Shown here: one piece after another, positions 36,384-49,354 of the stretch
How positions within the stretch are numbered: the stretch's first letter is position 1
How the letters are laid out: each line of letters starts with the position of its first letter
Source: Klebsormidium nitens
Lineage: Eukaryota; Plantae; Klebsormidiophyceae
Direction of reading: 5' to 3'
NCBI GenBank assembly: GCA_000708835.1
Contig: DF236953.1
Location: 234,990 to 298,989 of the forward strand
DNA length: 64,000 nucleotides
Program-made: the position numbers and the translations under genes
Notes under the pieces: generated by a model
What the model was told of the DNA's origin: nothing
What the model saw: only the letters and a program-made list of their open reading frames with translations
Database searches by the model: none

Positions 36384-39300
36384 ATGCGGTCTTTACAACT
36401 AACTCTAGTCCTGCTCCTGTTTAGTGGGGCTGTCGCAGGGAAGCCCGGCCGCTCGCTGTTGTCTGCTGACTGGTACCCTGAGAACTACACGAGCCCATAC
36501 CGGCCCCCGGAGAGCGATAGGGAAATAACGGTCCTGACGGGGCCATGGAAGTTCCATAGAGGGCACGTTCAGGAAACTCACCCGTACGACCGCTTCTTTG
36601 ACGACTCAAACTGGGAGGCGGTGTCGGTCCCGCATACGTGGAATGCAAAAGATGGTCAGGACGGCGGGGATAACTACTACCGGGGGTTAGGTTGGTATCG
36701 GGTTACGATCCATGTCTCCGAGGAGTACCGCGGGCTCGAGCGGAAGTTCTTTCTGGAGTTTGAGGGGGCGATGCTGGTGACTTACGTATGGGTCAACAGC
36801 CACTACGTGGGCTCTCACAGGGGCGGGTTCGCGACGTTCCGGATCGACGTCACGAGCCAGCTGGAACTAGGGGCGGAGAACTCGGTCGCGGTTCTGGTGA
36901 ACAACGCGTACAACAAGGACGTCATGCCGCTGTGGCCGGCCGACTTCACGTTCTTCGGGGGGCTGTACAGAAATGTGTCGCTGCTAGTTACAAACACGCT
37001 GCACGTCACGTGCACGGACTACGGGGGCCATGGGATCCACGTCTCGCAGCTGAATGTGTCGAGGGAATCTGCGCAAGTCCAGGTGAGAAGCTGCGAGGCA
37101 TGGCCTTTGTTGCTGAGGAATCTGTTTTGCCTTCTTGGGCTGCTTGGGGAACAACTGTGGGCCGCGTTCTGCTGTTTTCTGGGCTCTCCCTTCTGTTCTT
37201 TGGGCTGCTTTGTTTCAGCTGTAGCAGCTGCTTCTTCGACGTCTTTGTCCGACCAAATAGGCGCAAGTCCTGGTGCAAACGGGTTGGGGTCTGTAAGCTG
37301 CTGTCTTCACCCTTGTGGGCCGCTTTGTTTTGGTGACGAGGACCGTTTGCTGGCATCTTGAGGATGCGTCCTCGGTAGTGGGGTCCGTTTGGTGTCAGCC
37401 ACTGGTGTGCTCAGCTCTCAGTAGTGCAACACCAGGGGGTATCCAGATTTGTGATGTGACATCGCTGCTGCAAAATTCCCAGAACGGAACCTCCAAGGGG
37501 CAAGGGATAGGATGAAGCCCGTCAGATTGAGATCTAAGTGGTCTGCTGACCGAGTGAAACTGCCTTTTGCATATTTTGTTCACCGTCTTGTTGCCACCTG
37601 TCAAAGCTGCACAGCTGGTGTTAGTGAAAAGTGACCCTTTGTGAGATGCTGGTTAAATCTTGACCAGAGCTTGGTCAGGCCGCCATTCTCAATCAACCTG
37701 TTACTTTGAGCTTTCAGATTTCCAAGAACAAACGCCGCTTAGCTTTGGCCCCACGCCTCTGAGTCTACGATTGCAGGAAGTTTGCGTGCTTTTGACAAAA
37801 GCAGGCTTTATCAGCTTCAAACCGATTGTATTGTGGATGTGTGCTCGTCGCTCTGAACCATATTGGGGGAGTTGAGGACTAGGTCCTTGACTTAATTCAT
37901 TTGGAAGGGCAGGCCTCTGATGGCAGGCAGCATTCAGTCTGCTCCTATTGCCAAGACATCTCGGCAGAGTCTGCCAAGGGACCCCGCCGATAACCAAACA
38001 GTAAGCGAGACAAGCGCTCGCTGCAACCACAATCAGCCAGCCTGCCAGCATCCCCAAAGCAGTGTCCCTGCCTCAGGCCCTTTTGCAGAAAACAAAACAG
38101 TCAACATCTCAACACATTTTTTTTCTTCAGCAGTGACGAAGCAAGCAGTGCCCACGATCTTGAAATGTCTACACAGGAGTGTAGAGTGTTGCATATTGCT
38201 CTGTCAATACATGGGGGCAAAAAATCCTGTCCTTTGCACGGAGACGAAGTGGACAGATTGGTTTACTACGGAACTTCGAACATGTCTCACTTCGAGGCCT
38301 TGTCAGCTTGCAAGTCGGCACAAAGGGTGAAAATACGACAACCGTTGGCGGGCGAAGATCACGCCCCGATCCTGAACAAGAAGATGGTGAAAGATGGTCT
38401 TTCAAGGCCCTTACTTTCAATTTAACCAATTTTCAAAATACCTGTAATCCACTTCGCAGGTCGATGTGAAAGTCGACAATCTGATCATGGCGGAGAAGAT
38501 GGCGCGCCTCACGCTCGTGCTGGTGGACGGGGAGAGCCGCGTTGTGGAGGCGGTGGCGGCTTATCATAAGGTTCCGGCGAACTCGACCCGGATCGAGTTC
38601 TTATATAAGACGAAGATCAATAAGCCGCGGCTGTGGCATGGCGTAAAGGACCCACACTTGTACCGGTGAGCATTTATGCGGGCCGCTTTTTCTGTTCTGA
38701 ACTTCATAGAAAGACAATGTGTCTGCAAACGGAGGTTATACGTCGAGGTATGGTACCAGGGCGTGATCGTGGACGGCTTTTCGCAGCCGCTGGGGTTTAC
38801 TTTTATTTATCTCCCGCTAACCCCTCTCTAAACATCGCTAACTCGCACGTTAACCCCTGCCCGCAGGTTATACGTCGAAGTTCGGTACCAGGGCGTGATC
38901 GTGGACGTCTTCTCGCAGCCGCTGGGCCTGCGCAACTTCCACGTGGATGCCAAGCAGGGCTTCTTTCTGAACGGCGAGCCGTACGATCTGCACGGGGTGA
39001 CGCGCCACCAGGACCGCTTCGACCAGGGGTGGGCCCTGTCGGCGGCGGACCACGAAGAGGTGAGCACTGAGGGGGGGTGAACTTTTGTTCATGGAGTGAT
39101 TTATGGGGCCTTTGGAAGCTAAAATGCTTCGGCGGTCTGCAGTTCTGCTTGACCAGGGGTGGGCCCTATCGGCGGCGGACCACGGAGTGGTGAGCAGGGA
39201 AGCAGGATGGAAAACGATCAGCACAGTGATGAAGAGGGCCTTTGAGGGGCTGTTAAAACGAACGCTCTGGATGGATGTTTGAGGCCTTCCGGAGGCTGTT

Positions 39301-42296
39301 TGTGATCCTTGGAATGTTTGCGCTTCAAAGAGAGGGCAACGCGGCGCTTTCCAATGAAATTCGGTTGACACAGCGACGGACAGCTGCGACCAACAAAGAG
39401 GATCGCGTGTTGTTGCGGATCGTCCTTTTCAAGTAAGATCGCCCCAGAAGGGCACCGTGCCATCAAACTCAAGAAAGCCAACGAAGCATATAATTGTTTT
39501 GATCCTTTTCATAGGGCGGCCAGTGGAGGTGTGGTGCGACCTCCCAATCACCTCCTAAGTGTCATTCTTGCATCACTTCAAAGCGGCCCTGTTCTCAATG
39601 TCCTGATTTGCCGTACGCGGACCTCATGCGCAGGACATCAATCTTATTGAAGAAGTGCGCGCGACGGCCGTCCGCCTGACGCACTACCAGCACGACCAGT
39701 AGATCTACAAATCAAGAAACTTAAAAAGGCCAAGTATGTCAGCGACAAAGCGACAGGTGTCTACATTCCAGAGCTCCAGATTTTCGAGATACTTCTGCAG
39801 GACATCAACCTGATCGAAGAACTGGGCGCGACGGCCGTCCGCCTGACACACTACCAGCACGACCAGCGCTTCTACGACCTGTGCGACGAGCGGGGGATCA
39901 TCCTGTGGGCCGAACTGCCCCTCATAAAACTAGCGACCAACACCAAGGCGTTCTTCAAGAATGCCAAAGAGCAGCAGATGGAGCTGATCCGGCAGAACTT
40001 CAACCACCCGAGCATCGTGTTCTGGGGAATCGGCAACGAGCAGGATTCCACGGACGGAGCGTCGGACGCGCTGCTGTGGATTCTGGCCAACAAGGCGCAA
40101 GCGGAAGACCGGTTCCGGTGAGACTTGGGAATCACCGGAAGTGGAAATGACTTTGCTGTTGTGTCCATCTTTCTACTTCGATCATCCTGTTCCTGTCTTT
40201 GTTGCGAGTTGTTTTACACGGCTTTCGTGGACTCTTCACAGCAATCCGTTGCGTGTGAGCCGAGAAGCTCAGTCAGAGGCGTTCCTTCATTTGTACATCT
40301 GGAGGCGCTATTTTTCGAAAACTCTGGTTCTTCCACGCGAGACCTGTAGGAGAAAGCTCGCCGAAGCCGGTGCACTGCAACGAATCAGACACAAAGACCT
40401 GGCTCCCTCAGATGGTTTTGATCCTGTATGCACGAGGAACACGAGTCGCTCCTCCGTACATGGCAGGCTGCGACTTATGAGCACAGCAAGGGCTTTTCTC
40501 AGAGTGCGGCTTCCAATCTGACCAATCACCGTGGTATCTCAATTGAGGCAGAGGACATGCGTGAGCACGGAACCGCTAATCTTACAACCGAGGTAGAAGC
40601 TGACTGACTCCTCCTTTATTTCGCAGGTTATCGACATACGCCCACAGCGGCGAGACCGGGTACCTCGACCCGCTCGCGCGCCACACGGACCTGCTCGCGC
40701 TCAACAAGTACCTCGGCTGGTACGGCGGGCACCACGACGACTTCGGGCCGTGGATCGACATCATCCACGCGAAGTACCCGGACGTGAAGCTCGCGGTGTC
40801 GGAGTACGGCGCGGGGGCCAACATCTTCCAGCACGTGGAGCTGCCGGAGAAGCGGCCGAAGCACGACGGGGACTTTCACCCGGAGGAGTGGCAGGTGGGT
40901 CAGCGTTTTCGGGTTTGGACTGAGATTTGGATGGGTCTGTACCTAGGTTTGGGGTTAACGTCGTAGATTTGACTGGCTGAGGTTGGAGAGGTATGCCGAA
41001 GAAGTGGCCGAAGCACGACGGGGACTTCCACTCGGAGGAGTGGCAGGTGGGTTAGCGAGGGTTGAAGTTGTAGTTACGGGTTGGGGGTGGTCGGTTGTGA
41101 CCGGCTATGTTGTGGAGGTATGCCAAAGGAGTGGCCGAAGCACGACGGGGACTCCTCACTCGGAAGAGTAGCAGGTAGGTCAGCATTAACGGGCTGGAGT
41201 TGGTTATGTACACCCGGCCTGAATTTGAATCTGGGGTTCGACTGGCAGAGTTGGAGAGGTATGCCAAAAGGCGGGTCGAGCATGGTAGTGACCTTCACTC
41301 AGAGAACTGGCAGGTGGGTTAGCGGGCTCTGGTCTGGGTCGGGATTTAGATCTGAGAATTCAATGCTTGAAGTCTGACTGGCTTAGTAGCGAGAAGTATG
41401 TCTGCCTTGAAGTAGAATCTTTAGCCTGAGTTACGGCAGAGCATGAAGAAGACGTCGGTTTGGGATGGCAGGTGGGTTGGTCACTCCAGGTCGGAATCAG
41501 GATCAAGAGGTCAGGGTCTTTTCATTCCAAAGTGGCCAAGTTTGGAGAGGAGTCGCCAGATGAGCGGCCGAAGCATTACGGAAATTTCACCAGAAAGAGT
41601 GGCAAGTGGGTTAGCGCTTTTTGAAGCTGAAAAGGGGTCTACACTTGCGTATGGGGTTTTGGATTTGACGCTTGATGTGTACCGCAGGCATTCGTGCATG
41701 AAGCAAGTGGCTAGCCAACAGCCTTCACATTTGTGGGCCCAAGTTGGTAGTGACCATGTTCAAGTCTCTATTTATCGTTTTTTTTCACCATCTCTGTCTG
41801 AACTAACATCCCTCTTCGCATTCCGCAGGCCCTGGTGCACGAGTCCCACTGGCTAGCAATAAAGCACCGTCCCTTCTTGTGGGCCAAGTTCGTAATGACG
41901 ATGTTCGACTTTGCCGCCGACTGGCGCGGCGAGGGCAGCACCCCGGGGATGAACGACAAGGGTTTAGTAACCCACGACCACAAAACTAGGAAAGACGCGT
42001 TTTACTGGTACAAGGCCAACTGGAACGACTGGGACCCGTTCGTTTACATAACCAGTCGGCGGTTCGACGTGCGGGCAAACAAGAAAGTGCGCGTAAAGAT
42101 CTACTCGAACCTACCCAAGGTAGAGTTGCACTGCAACGGCGTCTCGTGGGGCGTGAAAGAGTCGACGGACCGGATCTTTGTGTGGCCGGAGGTTTTGCTG
42201 TCGGAAGGCCGGAACACGCTGACGGCACGGGCGGAAACGGAAAAGGAGATTGTAACGGATGAGGTGGTGTGGACTCTGCGCCCGCAAGGGCCCTAG
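36384..42296 (+). CDS. Secreted glycoside hydrolase family 2 (beta-glucuronidase/beta-galactosidase-like), 6 exons
   Basis: Exons 36384-37082, 38460-38665, 38867-39059, 39801-40117, 40627-40894, 41829-42296. Signal peptide MRSLQLTLVLLLFSGAVAG. Motifs VSVPHTWN, HRGGFATF, FFLNGEPYDLHGVTRHQD, RLTHYQHD, HPSIVFWGIGNE (acid/base), SEYGAGA (nucleophile), NDKGLVT, RKDAFYWYKANW. Confidence 0.92.
38733..39702 (+). repeat. Three splice-junction copies around GH2 exons 3-4
   Basis: Exon 3 acceptor copy 38733-38795; exon 3 donor copy 39148-39195; exon 4 acceptor copy 39632-39702, ending in an in-frame TAG. Confidence 0.9.
40845..41616 (+). repeat. Tandem array of about 130-nt units: GH2 exon 5 3' end + donor + intron start (real junction plus about 5 copies)
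   Basis: Copies near 40992-41057, 41119-41184, 41260-41324, 41435-41478 and 41542-41616 of ccgaagcacgacggggactttcacccggaggagtggcag|GTGGGT, with increasing decay. Confidence 0.9.
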
Positions 42297-42833
42297 TAAA
42301 GTCGGGGCTGTGAGTGCATTTTCGGTCTAGGGCGTGTTTCCAAGGCAGGGAAAGGTGAAGAGACTAAACTAACCCAGTCCACAACGCCGGCCGACCGAAG
42401 GATGGTCGGACGGAAGTTACGGGCTTTGCGCGCTGTATACTAACCAGTCCCCTGCCGACATTTTGAAAGGAGCCGCGGCATCTGGCTCGTGGATGATCAT
42501 GGTACTAAATTTTGATTTCTCGACATGTCTTGCCCCTTGACCACTGGAAAACCAAGTCAGACTGGACCCATGCAATTGGCTGGTATATATTTATCACTTC
42601 TTGTGCCGCATCAGTTCTCGTTTATTGGCCATGTTGATGCATGGCATGCCTTTCTTTATGTGTATCATTCGCATTGCGCATCTCATACAAGAGCCACATG
42701 ATCTGGCGGCTGCTCCTGCGTTTCTTTATTGATGCATAGAAATTTGCATCGAGTCTGGAATATCAAGGACTTCATTGTACACAATGCGTCATATTAGCCC
42801 GCTCGAAGATATAAGGCCTAAGGTCGGAGAATG

Positions 42834-45800
42834 CTACTTACGGGAGGTGGCATTGCTTCTTAAATACATCTCTCCGTATATGTTAGGGTGAAGGCCTCTC
42901 AGAAAGTTTGTGTAGCACAACCAGTAGTGTCCACAAACAGAGTCCGGGACACAAGGCGTGTCCCAACCGTTGTGCCAATGATAGGCGTATGCGCCGTCAA
43001 AGAACCCCATGCAGTTGGAGCTCATGTTGGACGGCCGATCCGTGAAGAATCGATCAAACCTGCACGATAAGAGTCCTGGACAATGTCACGCTACTTGCAT
43101 GCATGACCGTGCATAAGTCGTCATCGTCGACTAGAAGGCTTCCTAACCCTATCTATCAAATGAAAGCTCAACTACCTTCACATCGATGCAGCGAGAAGCT
43201 GGCCTTCCAAAATGACAGTTGATGATAATATGATTGACAAAATGATGAAGCACCCACGTGGTCTTGGAAGCTCTTCATACACAACAAAGTCGCTGAGAAG
43301 TCGGCTCTTGCATGCACGCTAGAGTGCACACGTTGGTGCTCCCGACATTTGCCGTACTTAGACTTCCATGCCAGCTTGATTTCGAAAGCTCACCGCAAGG
43401 AGTCTTCGCCTTCCATCACCTCAACTGAATGGTCGGGTGCGTTCCCTCCCCGCTCGATATAGATCCACATCGGATCGAAGATGTCGTTAGGTAACATGAC
43501 AAAGGTTCGTTTCTGTTCTGGAGCGACCTCAAATTCGCATACGGGCTCGGGACACTCCGCATCGCTATGCAAGAATGCTGCCTCGTATGGACATTGCAAA
43601 GAACTGCCACTGTGCGACAGAGAATCAAAGACTCCTCTCCATTTGTCGTTTCTGAAAGGGTCAATGGGGACGATCTGGGGAAGTTCAGCCGCCAGGGTAG
43701 CTTCGAGCACTTGGTGAGGATGAAAGCTGCAAGGATTTTCAAAAGTACCGTTGTTCCTATCTCATGAGGGAGGAATGTTCTCCCAGACTTTCTTGACGAA
43801 CAGAGGCTCGGGACAGCTGACGATATTAACTCATAGACGGCGTTTCTCCAGGTGCCGTTTGCTTGTCAACTGATCGGCACTTTCCTTTCCAGAGTGGATG
43901 ATCAAGACTGCATCCTGAAAAGAGCGGGGAGGCCGTGGCACGTCTTAGAAACGGCTATGTCGATGTCGATGGCCAAAGTTGCAGTTTTCGTACACAAAGC
44001 TGCAGTACAACCACAATCAGACCTGAATATGCGCCTATTCTGGTATTGCAAGCGTCTGAACAGGGCCTGTCTGGTCGTGAGTTGATTAGCAAGCAGTAAG
44101 ACACGTGGACTAGCAAGTGCTCAGTGACGCACAACTCGCATGAGAACTGCACAAGACTGTTAACCGCTGGAGCGGCTCCTATCAAGAAAGCGGCTACATT
44201 TGCACAGTTCTTGCTAAGACGAGTTGCTAAATGACACATATAACGCACGAGCAGCTAGCGAAAGGGCAGACTTACCCTTTTGGAGACCCAACTTTCATTG
44301 CATGTTCCACCATTGCAAGGGCAACCGGCGAACCCTTTGTCAACCCCAGGATTGCAGTATTGAAGAAGTCGTGGATGCTCCACTGGTAAGCGAAATCAAA
44401 GGGCGCCGAAAGGAGGGGGCCAAAGTCACGCAGGAATAGCACATCAACATCCACATCTGCAGTTAAAACAGGAGAAAGGTTTGACTAGATCTCCGCAACT
44501 TGATGTGAGGCCGCTTTCCGATTTGGTTCCTCAGATGCAAGCAAAATTTTATCCAGCCACGAACTATCTTGTCTGTCTCTTCGAGTCGACTCCCCCCGAA
44601 GCATGTGCTTTGCAGTTTTGTATATTCTCTTCTTTCGAGCCTGGTTTTGCTATCAATAGCAGAACCAAAAAACTTGACTTAAGCTTCAAGCAAGGCTAGC
44701 AACTGGAATTGATACGAGTGGCTCGACAGGTCGTCTACATGAATTTCAGAAGGAGCGAATCCTGCTTCAAATCCCCCTGAGTAAGGATCTCAAGCTGTGC
44801 TTTATCAAGCGCTGATTGAATGGACAGACATCAAGCCCCAGATTCTGATGTAATGCGCCCCTTATAGACATGCCCAGCCGAAACGAGCATCGGCGAATCC
44901 AGGACGACTGATACATGACGAACCACTTTCTTCGGTTTTGCAAAATAGTAACAAGCTGGCCTGTGCTGCCTGTGCTGATGCAGCTCTTTTCAGTTAAGAG
45001 TTCAAATGCAACGTTCCACTTCAACTGCTTTTACAAAAGGACACGCTGAAGATGCTCCAGGAGTTAACATGGTGCTTTTGGTGTTGCAGTACGGTCTGAG
45101 TACAAGCCACTCAACAACAAGGAGAAGAAAAGGGAGGACAATTGTTCGGGACTTACATAGGCCCCCATACTTCCAACCCAAGAAGAAGCGGACCATATCC
45201 GAGTAGCCGGGTGCCCAATCAGGAACATTTTCTAGTCTCTCAAAGGGTGTGTCGTGAAACTACAGGAACAAGATGAAAGAGGTCTGGTTAGTATAAGGTG
45301 GATCCAAATGCTTGGCCAAAATGCTCATAGGTGCAGCTTCCCGATTATGTACCTACTGCAAATTGAAAGTGCTAATCACTCATTTGGACGAGGAGTATAG
45401 ATCTCGGGCAAATCAGTTGCAAAAGAAAGTGCATGTGCAAGACGCCCAAAGAAGATCTTCCATAAAGCATATATTGACGATTACGAGAACTTAGATCGCA
45501 TACAAGCATCCTGATATCTTATGAAGTGTGTAAGCTTCGACAACTCGCAACATTGTAAATGCTTACCTGTTCTCTCTCATTCCAGACACGAATCTCTATG
45601 AAGGGGCTATATTCAAGCAGTGACCTTGCGACTGGAGAGTCTGCGAGCGCTTCCTCAATGCTTTGCTTGTCCGGCAGCTCTAGCCAGATGAGGAGACAGG
45701 ACTCATCAAGGCGTTGCGTGTAGAGAAACGAAAGAGCCATCAGCACCACCTTCAAAGATGGTGTGCCTTGCCAAAAGCAATGAAACAGCTGCTTGGCTGC

Positions 45801-46635
45801 TGGAACCTCCACCGGCCTGCACCCGCCCGACATGAAGAAGGGCTTAGGAATGCTGGAATATCAATCATAATGATCATTCTGAAGAGCATCTCAAGGACTC
45901 TGAAACGTTTGATTGGATGTTACGATGATACTGGGCAGATTGGGAAGACTTACAACCAGCATGGCGTTTCCTGGACGCTTCTGAAACCGGGAATAGGTAA
46001 GCCTTTTTGAGATCATTCTCACAGTGCGCTATATAAACAGAGGCAGCATCCAATAGATTGAGATTCACCTCTTGTATTCGGTTTGATGAGAACTGGCACG
46101 CACACAATGGGTATCTGAGCTATGTGACTCTCAAGAACTGGTTGAGCAATGGTGATCTAAGAGTATCGCCATATCAAGGCCTACCTTTCCCCTTGCAATC
46201 TCCTCTCTCCAGGCCTAGTCGATTTAGCCGATCTTGCAGCTTCCTTTGTCAAGCATGCAGCTGCCAGCATAGAGTCTCTAGAATTTAGCCGCTCTAAACA
46301 TGGTACAAGATCCTTGTCAGATCCACAGACCTCCATCAAGCAGAAACGTTAAGAATGTCGCTGCGACTAGGACGGGACCAAAACCGCACTGTGACGCTCG
46401 TAGGCTGATCTTGAGTTGCTTCTTCTATGGAGCCATTGATCTGCTGAAACCTAGTCTCACATGAGCTCATACTCTGGTTGCTTAACACTTCAATCTTCAT
46501 CAGCCAGCCTACATCCGGGGTTTTGATCCTTGCTACTTCCAAGATGCAGGTGCCAATGAGAAAAGAGCTGAGGCAGAACAAGAAGCACTGCCAGTGCTTC
46601 AACTTAGCCTCCGTGAACTTAGCTTTCCGGCCCAT
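42834..46635 (-). CDS. Type II membrane glycosyltransferase, DXD-motif GT32-like family
   Basis: N-terminal TM (WQCFLFCLSSFLIGTCILEV). Phase-consistent exons 45816-45567 (FHCFWQG..SFLYTQ), 45259-45157 (SDMVRFFLGWKYGGL), 44456-44276 (YVDVDVLFLRDF..AYQWS..NTAIL), 43726-43394 (FHP..LPNDIFDPMW), and a last exon to 42834 (FFDGAYAYHWHNGW). 5' exon boundaries approximate. Confidence 0.75.
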
Positions 46636-47558
46636 CGTAGAATGCGGCCACCCTCTTTTTAAGCGTTTTGGACCCCAGCATTCGTGGATGATACTATGGG
46701 CCGCTGTCGGTACTGAAAAGCTCAAAGGCAGCTACTTGAGACATGATCTAGCAAGGCCGAAAGCTGATCAAAAGATCACAGTGTCACAGATCCTAGATGC
46801 CAAGCTGCCCGCATGCAACAAGGCGCGGCGCCGCGCTCTCTTGGAACTTGATGTACACTACTCTAGGTAGTATGATGTGCTCATACCTACGCTCATGGTC
46901 GAATATTCAGTGCAATGATTGGCTTGCGTCTTTCGAGGGATCCCTTAAATTGTCACGCGATCGGACGGTACCGGTGCGGCGGGGCGGCCGCGGGCGCGGT
47001 CGCAGGCCGGGGTGCGTTCAATTGGTCCTTCTTTGAACATTCTGGTGGCAGCACACATGCAAGGTCCAAGTAACAGGGCACGAAGCCCACTGTTTTACAT
47101 AATTTCAGACTACGGACCTGCAGTACTAGGTTCTCACTAGGTTGCTGCCATCGACCTGATTCGACATTTAGACTTTGGCGCGCAAGCTATTTGCGATCCA
47201 GCAACTGGCTAAACGCGCCGCGGCAAACAGATTGTCCTGGAGCGACTAAAAGCTTCTAGACAGCGTCATTGGTGAATACGGCTCGTGCATCCTCGTTGCG
47301 TCGTGCACCTATGCCTAATACCTATTGCTGATAACACACCAGTACTGCACCCCCATACAAGTCCCATCAAATGGTCTCCATGATACGTCAGCTTTATGTC
47401 AGAAGCATGATGTATGGTACTAGAAACCAAGGCGTTCCAAGTTTGATAGCATAATACAGTAGGCCGTCCTCGCTCGGACTCCCGTTCTCTCGGGTTACTG
47501 CGCCTTGTCGAGATACTGTGACTTCTTCTCAAAGGCTCTGTTCGCGATTGTCCAATGT

Positions 47559-49354
47559 TCAGGAGTTTTGATCCTGACCCCCTTTCTCACAGGACCCGCT
47601 TCCTTCAGTCTCAACCATCTCTTTCGACGAGCTTACGTCAAAACTATGAAGGATTTTCAAGACACCGTCGATTGACAAGGGGGATCCCCCGGCCGCGTCT
47701 AGGCAGAGGTTTTTCAGATCCTGGTAGTCCTTGGTATCTGTCCCCGGGCACTTTCGGTGTTCCAAGTACGCCATCATGCGACCAAACGCGATTATGTCCG
47801 CGCTAAAATCTGGCTCGTCTTCTTCGCACTCAATCTCCCAAACCCCCGGTGCTTTCACCAGCTCGGAAGTCCCCCCCGCGGAGGGGGCTCCGGTCTTTGA
47901 GCTTTCCCTGTCTCGTCGCTCCGCAACGATGTAGCGCATCCCAAAGTCGCCCAGCTTCACGACTGTTCCGTCAGATGATGTCTGCGGAATGAAAAGCGAA
48001 CGGACGGCGTCGACAGAATTCTTCAGAGAATATTAGCGACTATATTGTCCCGACGAGCAGCTCTCTCTTCTCCAGAATTGAGATTGACATTCTCAGGGCG
48101 GCTTACAGTCGAATTTACGGAAAGAGTTAAAAGAAACAGACGGTGACCATTCCCGTAAAACGGAGCGTATTACGCAAAGACGAGAATATGTTTCGCCTGC
48201 AAGTACTCATCTTGCACGGCACGAAGCACAACCTCTTCGCACTCACTGGCTTCCTTGTTTTTCGTTTGATTTTCACATCTCTTCAGGCCAACACAAAGAC
48301 AAAAGCCTCCAAAACAAATCAAACATATGCCCAAGCAGCCCCCTTACCAGAACCTTGCCGGGAGTGAGGCTCCCATGCGCCCAGCTCTGGTCGTGCAAAA
48401 CCTTCAAACCCTCGGCGATCGCGAGGAGCCACGGCGCGGCCGCGGGCGGCGTTGCGAGGCGCCAAAATGAACGGGGATCAAGGAGCGACTCGATTGTCTG
48501 TGGCATAAACTCCATCAGAAGGCAAATTCTGGGGGCCGCGAATCCCAGATCCGCCCGGCCGAAGTACTGGACGAGCGAAGAACAGCGCTTGTAGCATTCC
48601 CTGCACGATTACCAGAGAATAACTTCCTTTTTCCTCTCCTTTGCCGCCCCTACATTTAGGATTTGCTCCCATTTGTTACAGATCAAATTCACTGGAAGGG
48701 TGGGACTCGCTGAGTGCCCGTACAATTCGACTTGAGTTTTGCGTTTTTGACAGATTGTTACCAGACCAAGTTGGACCTGCTTCGAGCTCGTCTTACCGAG
48801 CAGCCTTATATCGTGCAATCGGCTTACGTTCGTTTCCTACTGTCCAAAAAGATGACGTTTTCTACAACCAGCTTTGCTTTTCAAGCCAACAAGAAGACTC
48901 ATGTTCTGCAATCAGTTTTCGAGTATTTTGAATTGCCCAACAATCAGACTCGTTGTTCACAACCAGCTTGGATTTTCTCTCACCGCCCAACAAGGAGACC
49001 CAGATTCTGCATTCGGCTCCTCAGAATAGATGCCGACAGCTCGGATCTTCCCGCAGCTATCTTGAGCGCCGCCCTTTGTCCTCGAAAACGCGCTTTGAAA
49101 ACGTCCCCGATCCCGGTCAATCTGCCACGTGGCATGTACGCTCGATCGTTTATGTCTTCTACCATCACTTGGCCTGCGGCAAATTCGATGTAGGAGGGGC
49201 ACGTTACTTTCTGCGAAGCTCTTGCGCGGGCCAAAAACTGGTATGGTCTCCAGTGTTCATGTTTGATGTCATTGCAGCTCTCATCCTCCCAAAAAAAGAT
49301 CATGAACTGCGTGCTTTCAGATTCACGTGGTTGTTCGAAGCTGATTCGTTCTAA
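47559..49354 (-). CDS. Protein kinase-like (predicted pseudokinase); 5' end uncertain
   Basis: Exons ending 48984 (TGIGDVFKARFRGQRAALKI), 48600-48348 (LLMEFM..IAEGLKVLHDQSWAHGSLTPGKVL) and 47981-47559 (VVKLGDFG..KAPG..SADIIAFG) join in phase. Confidence 0.75.
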
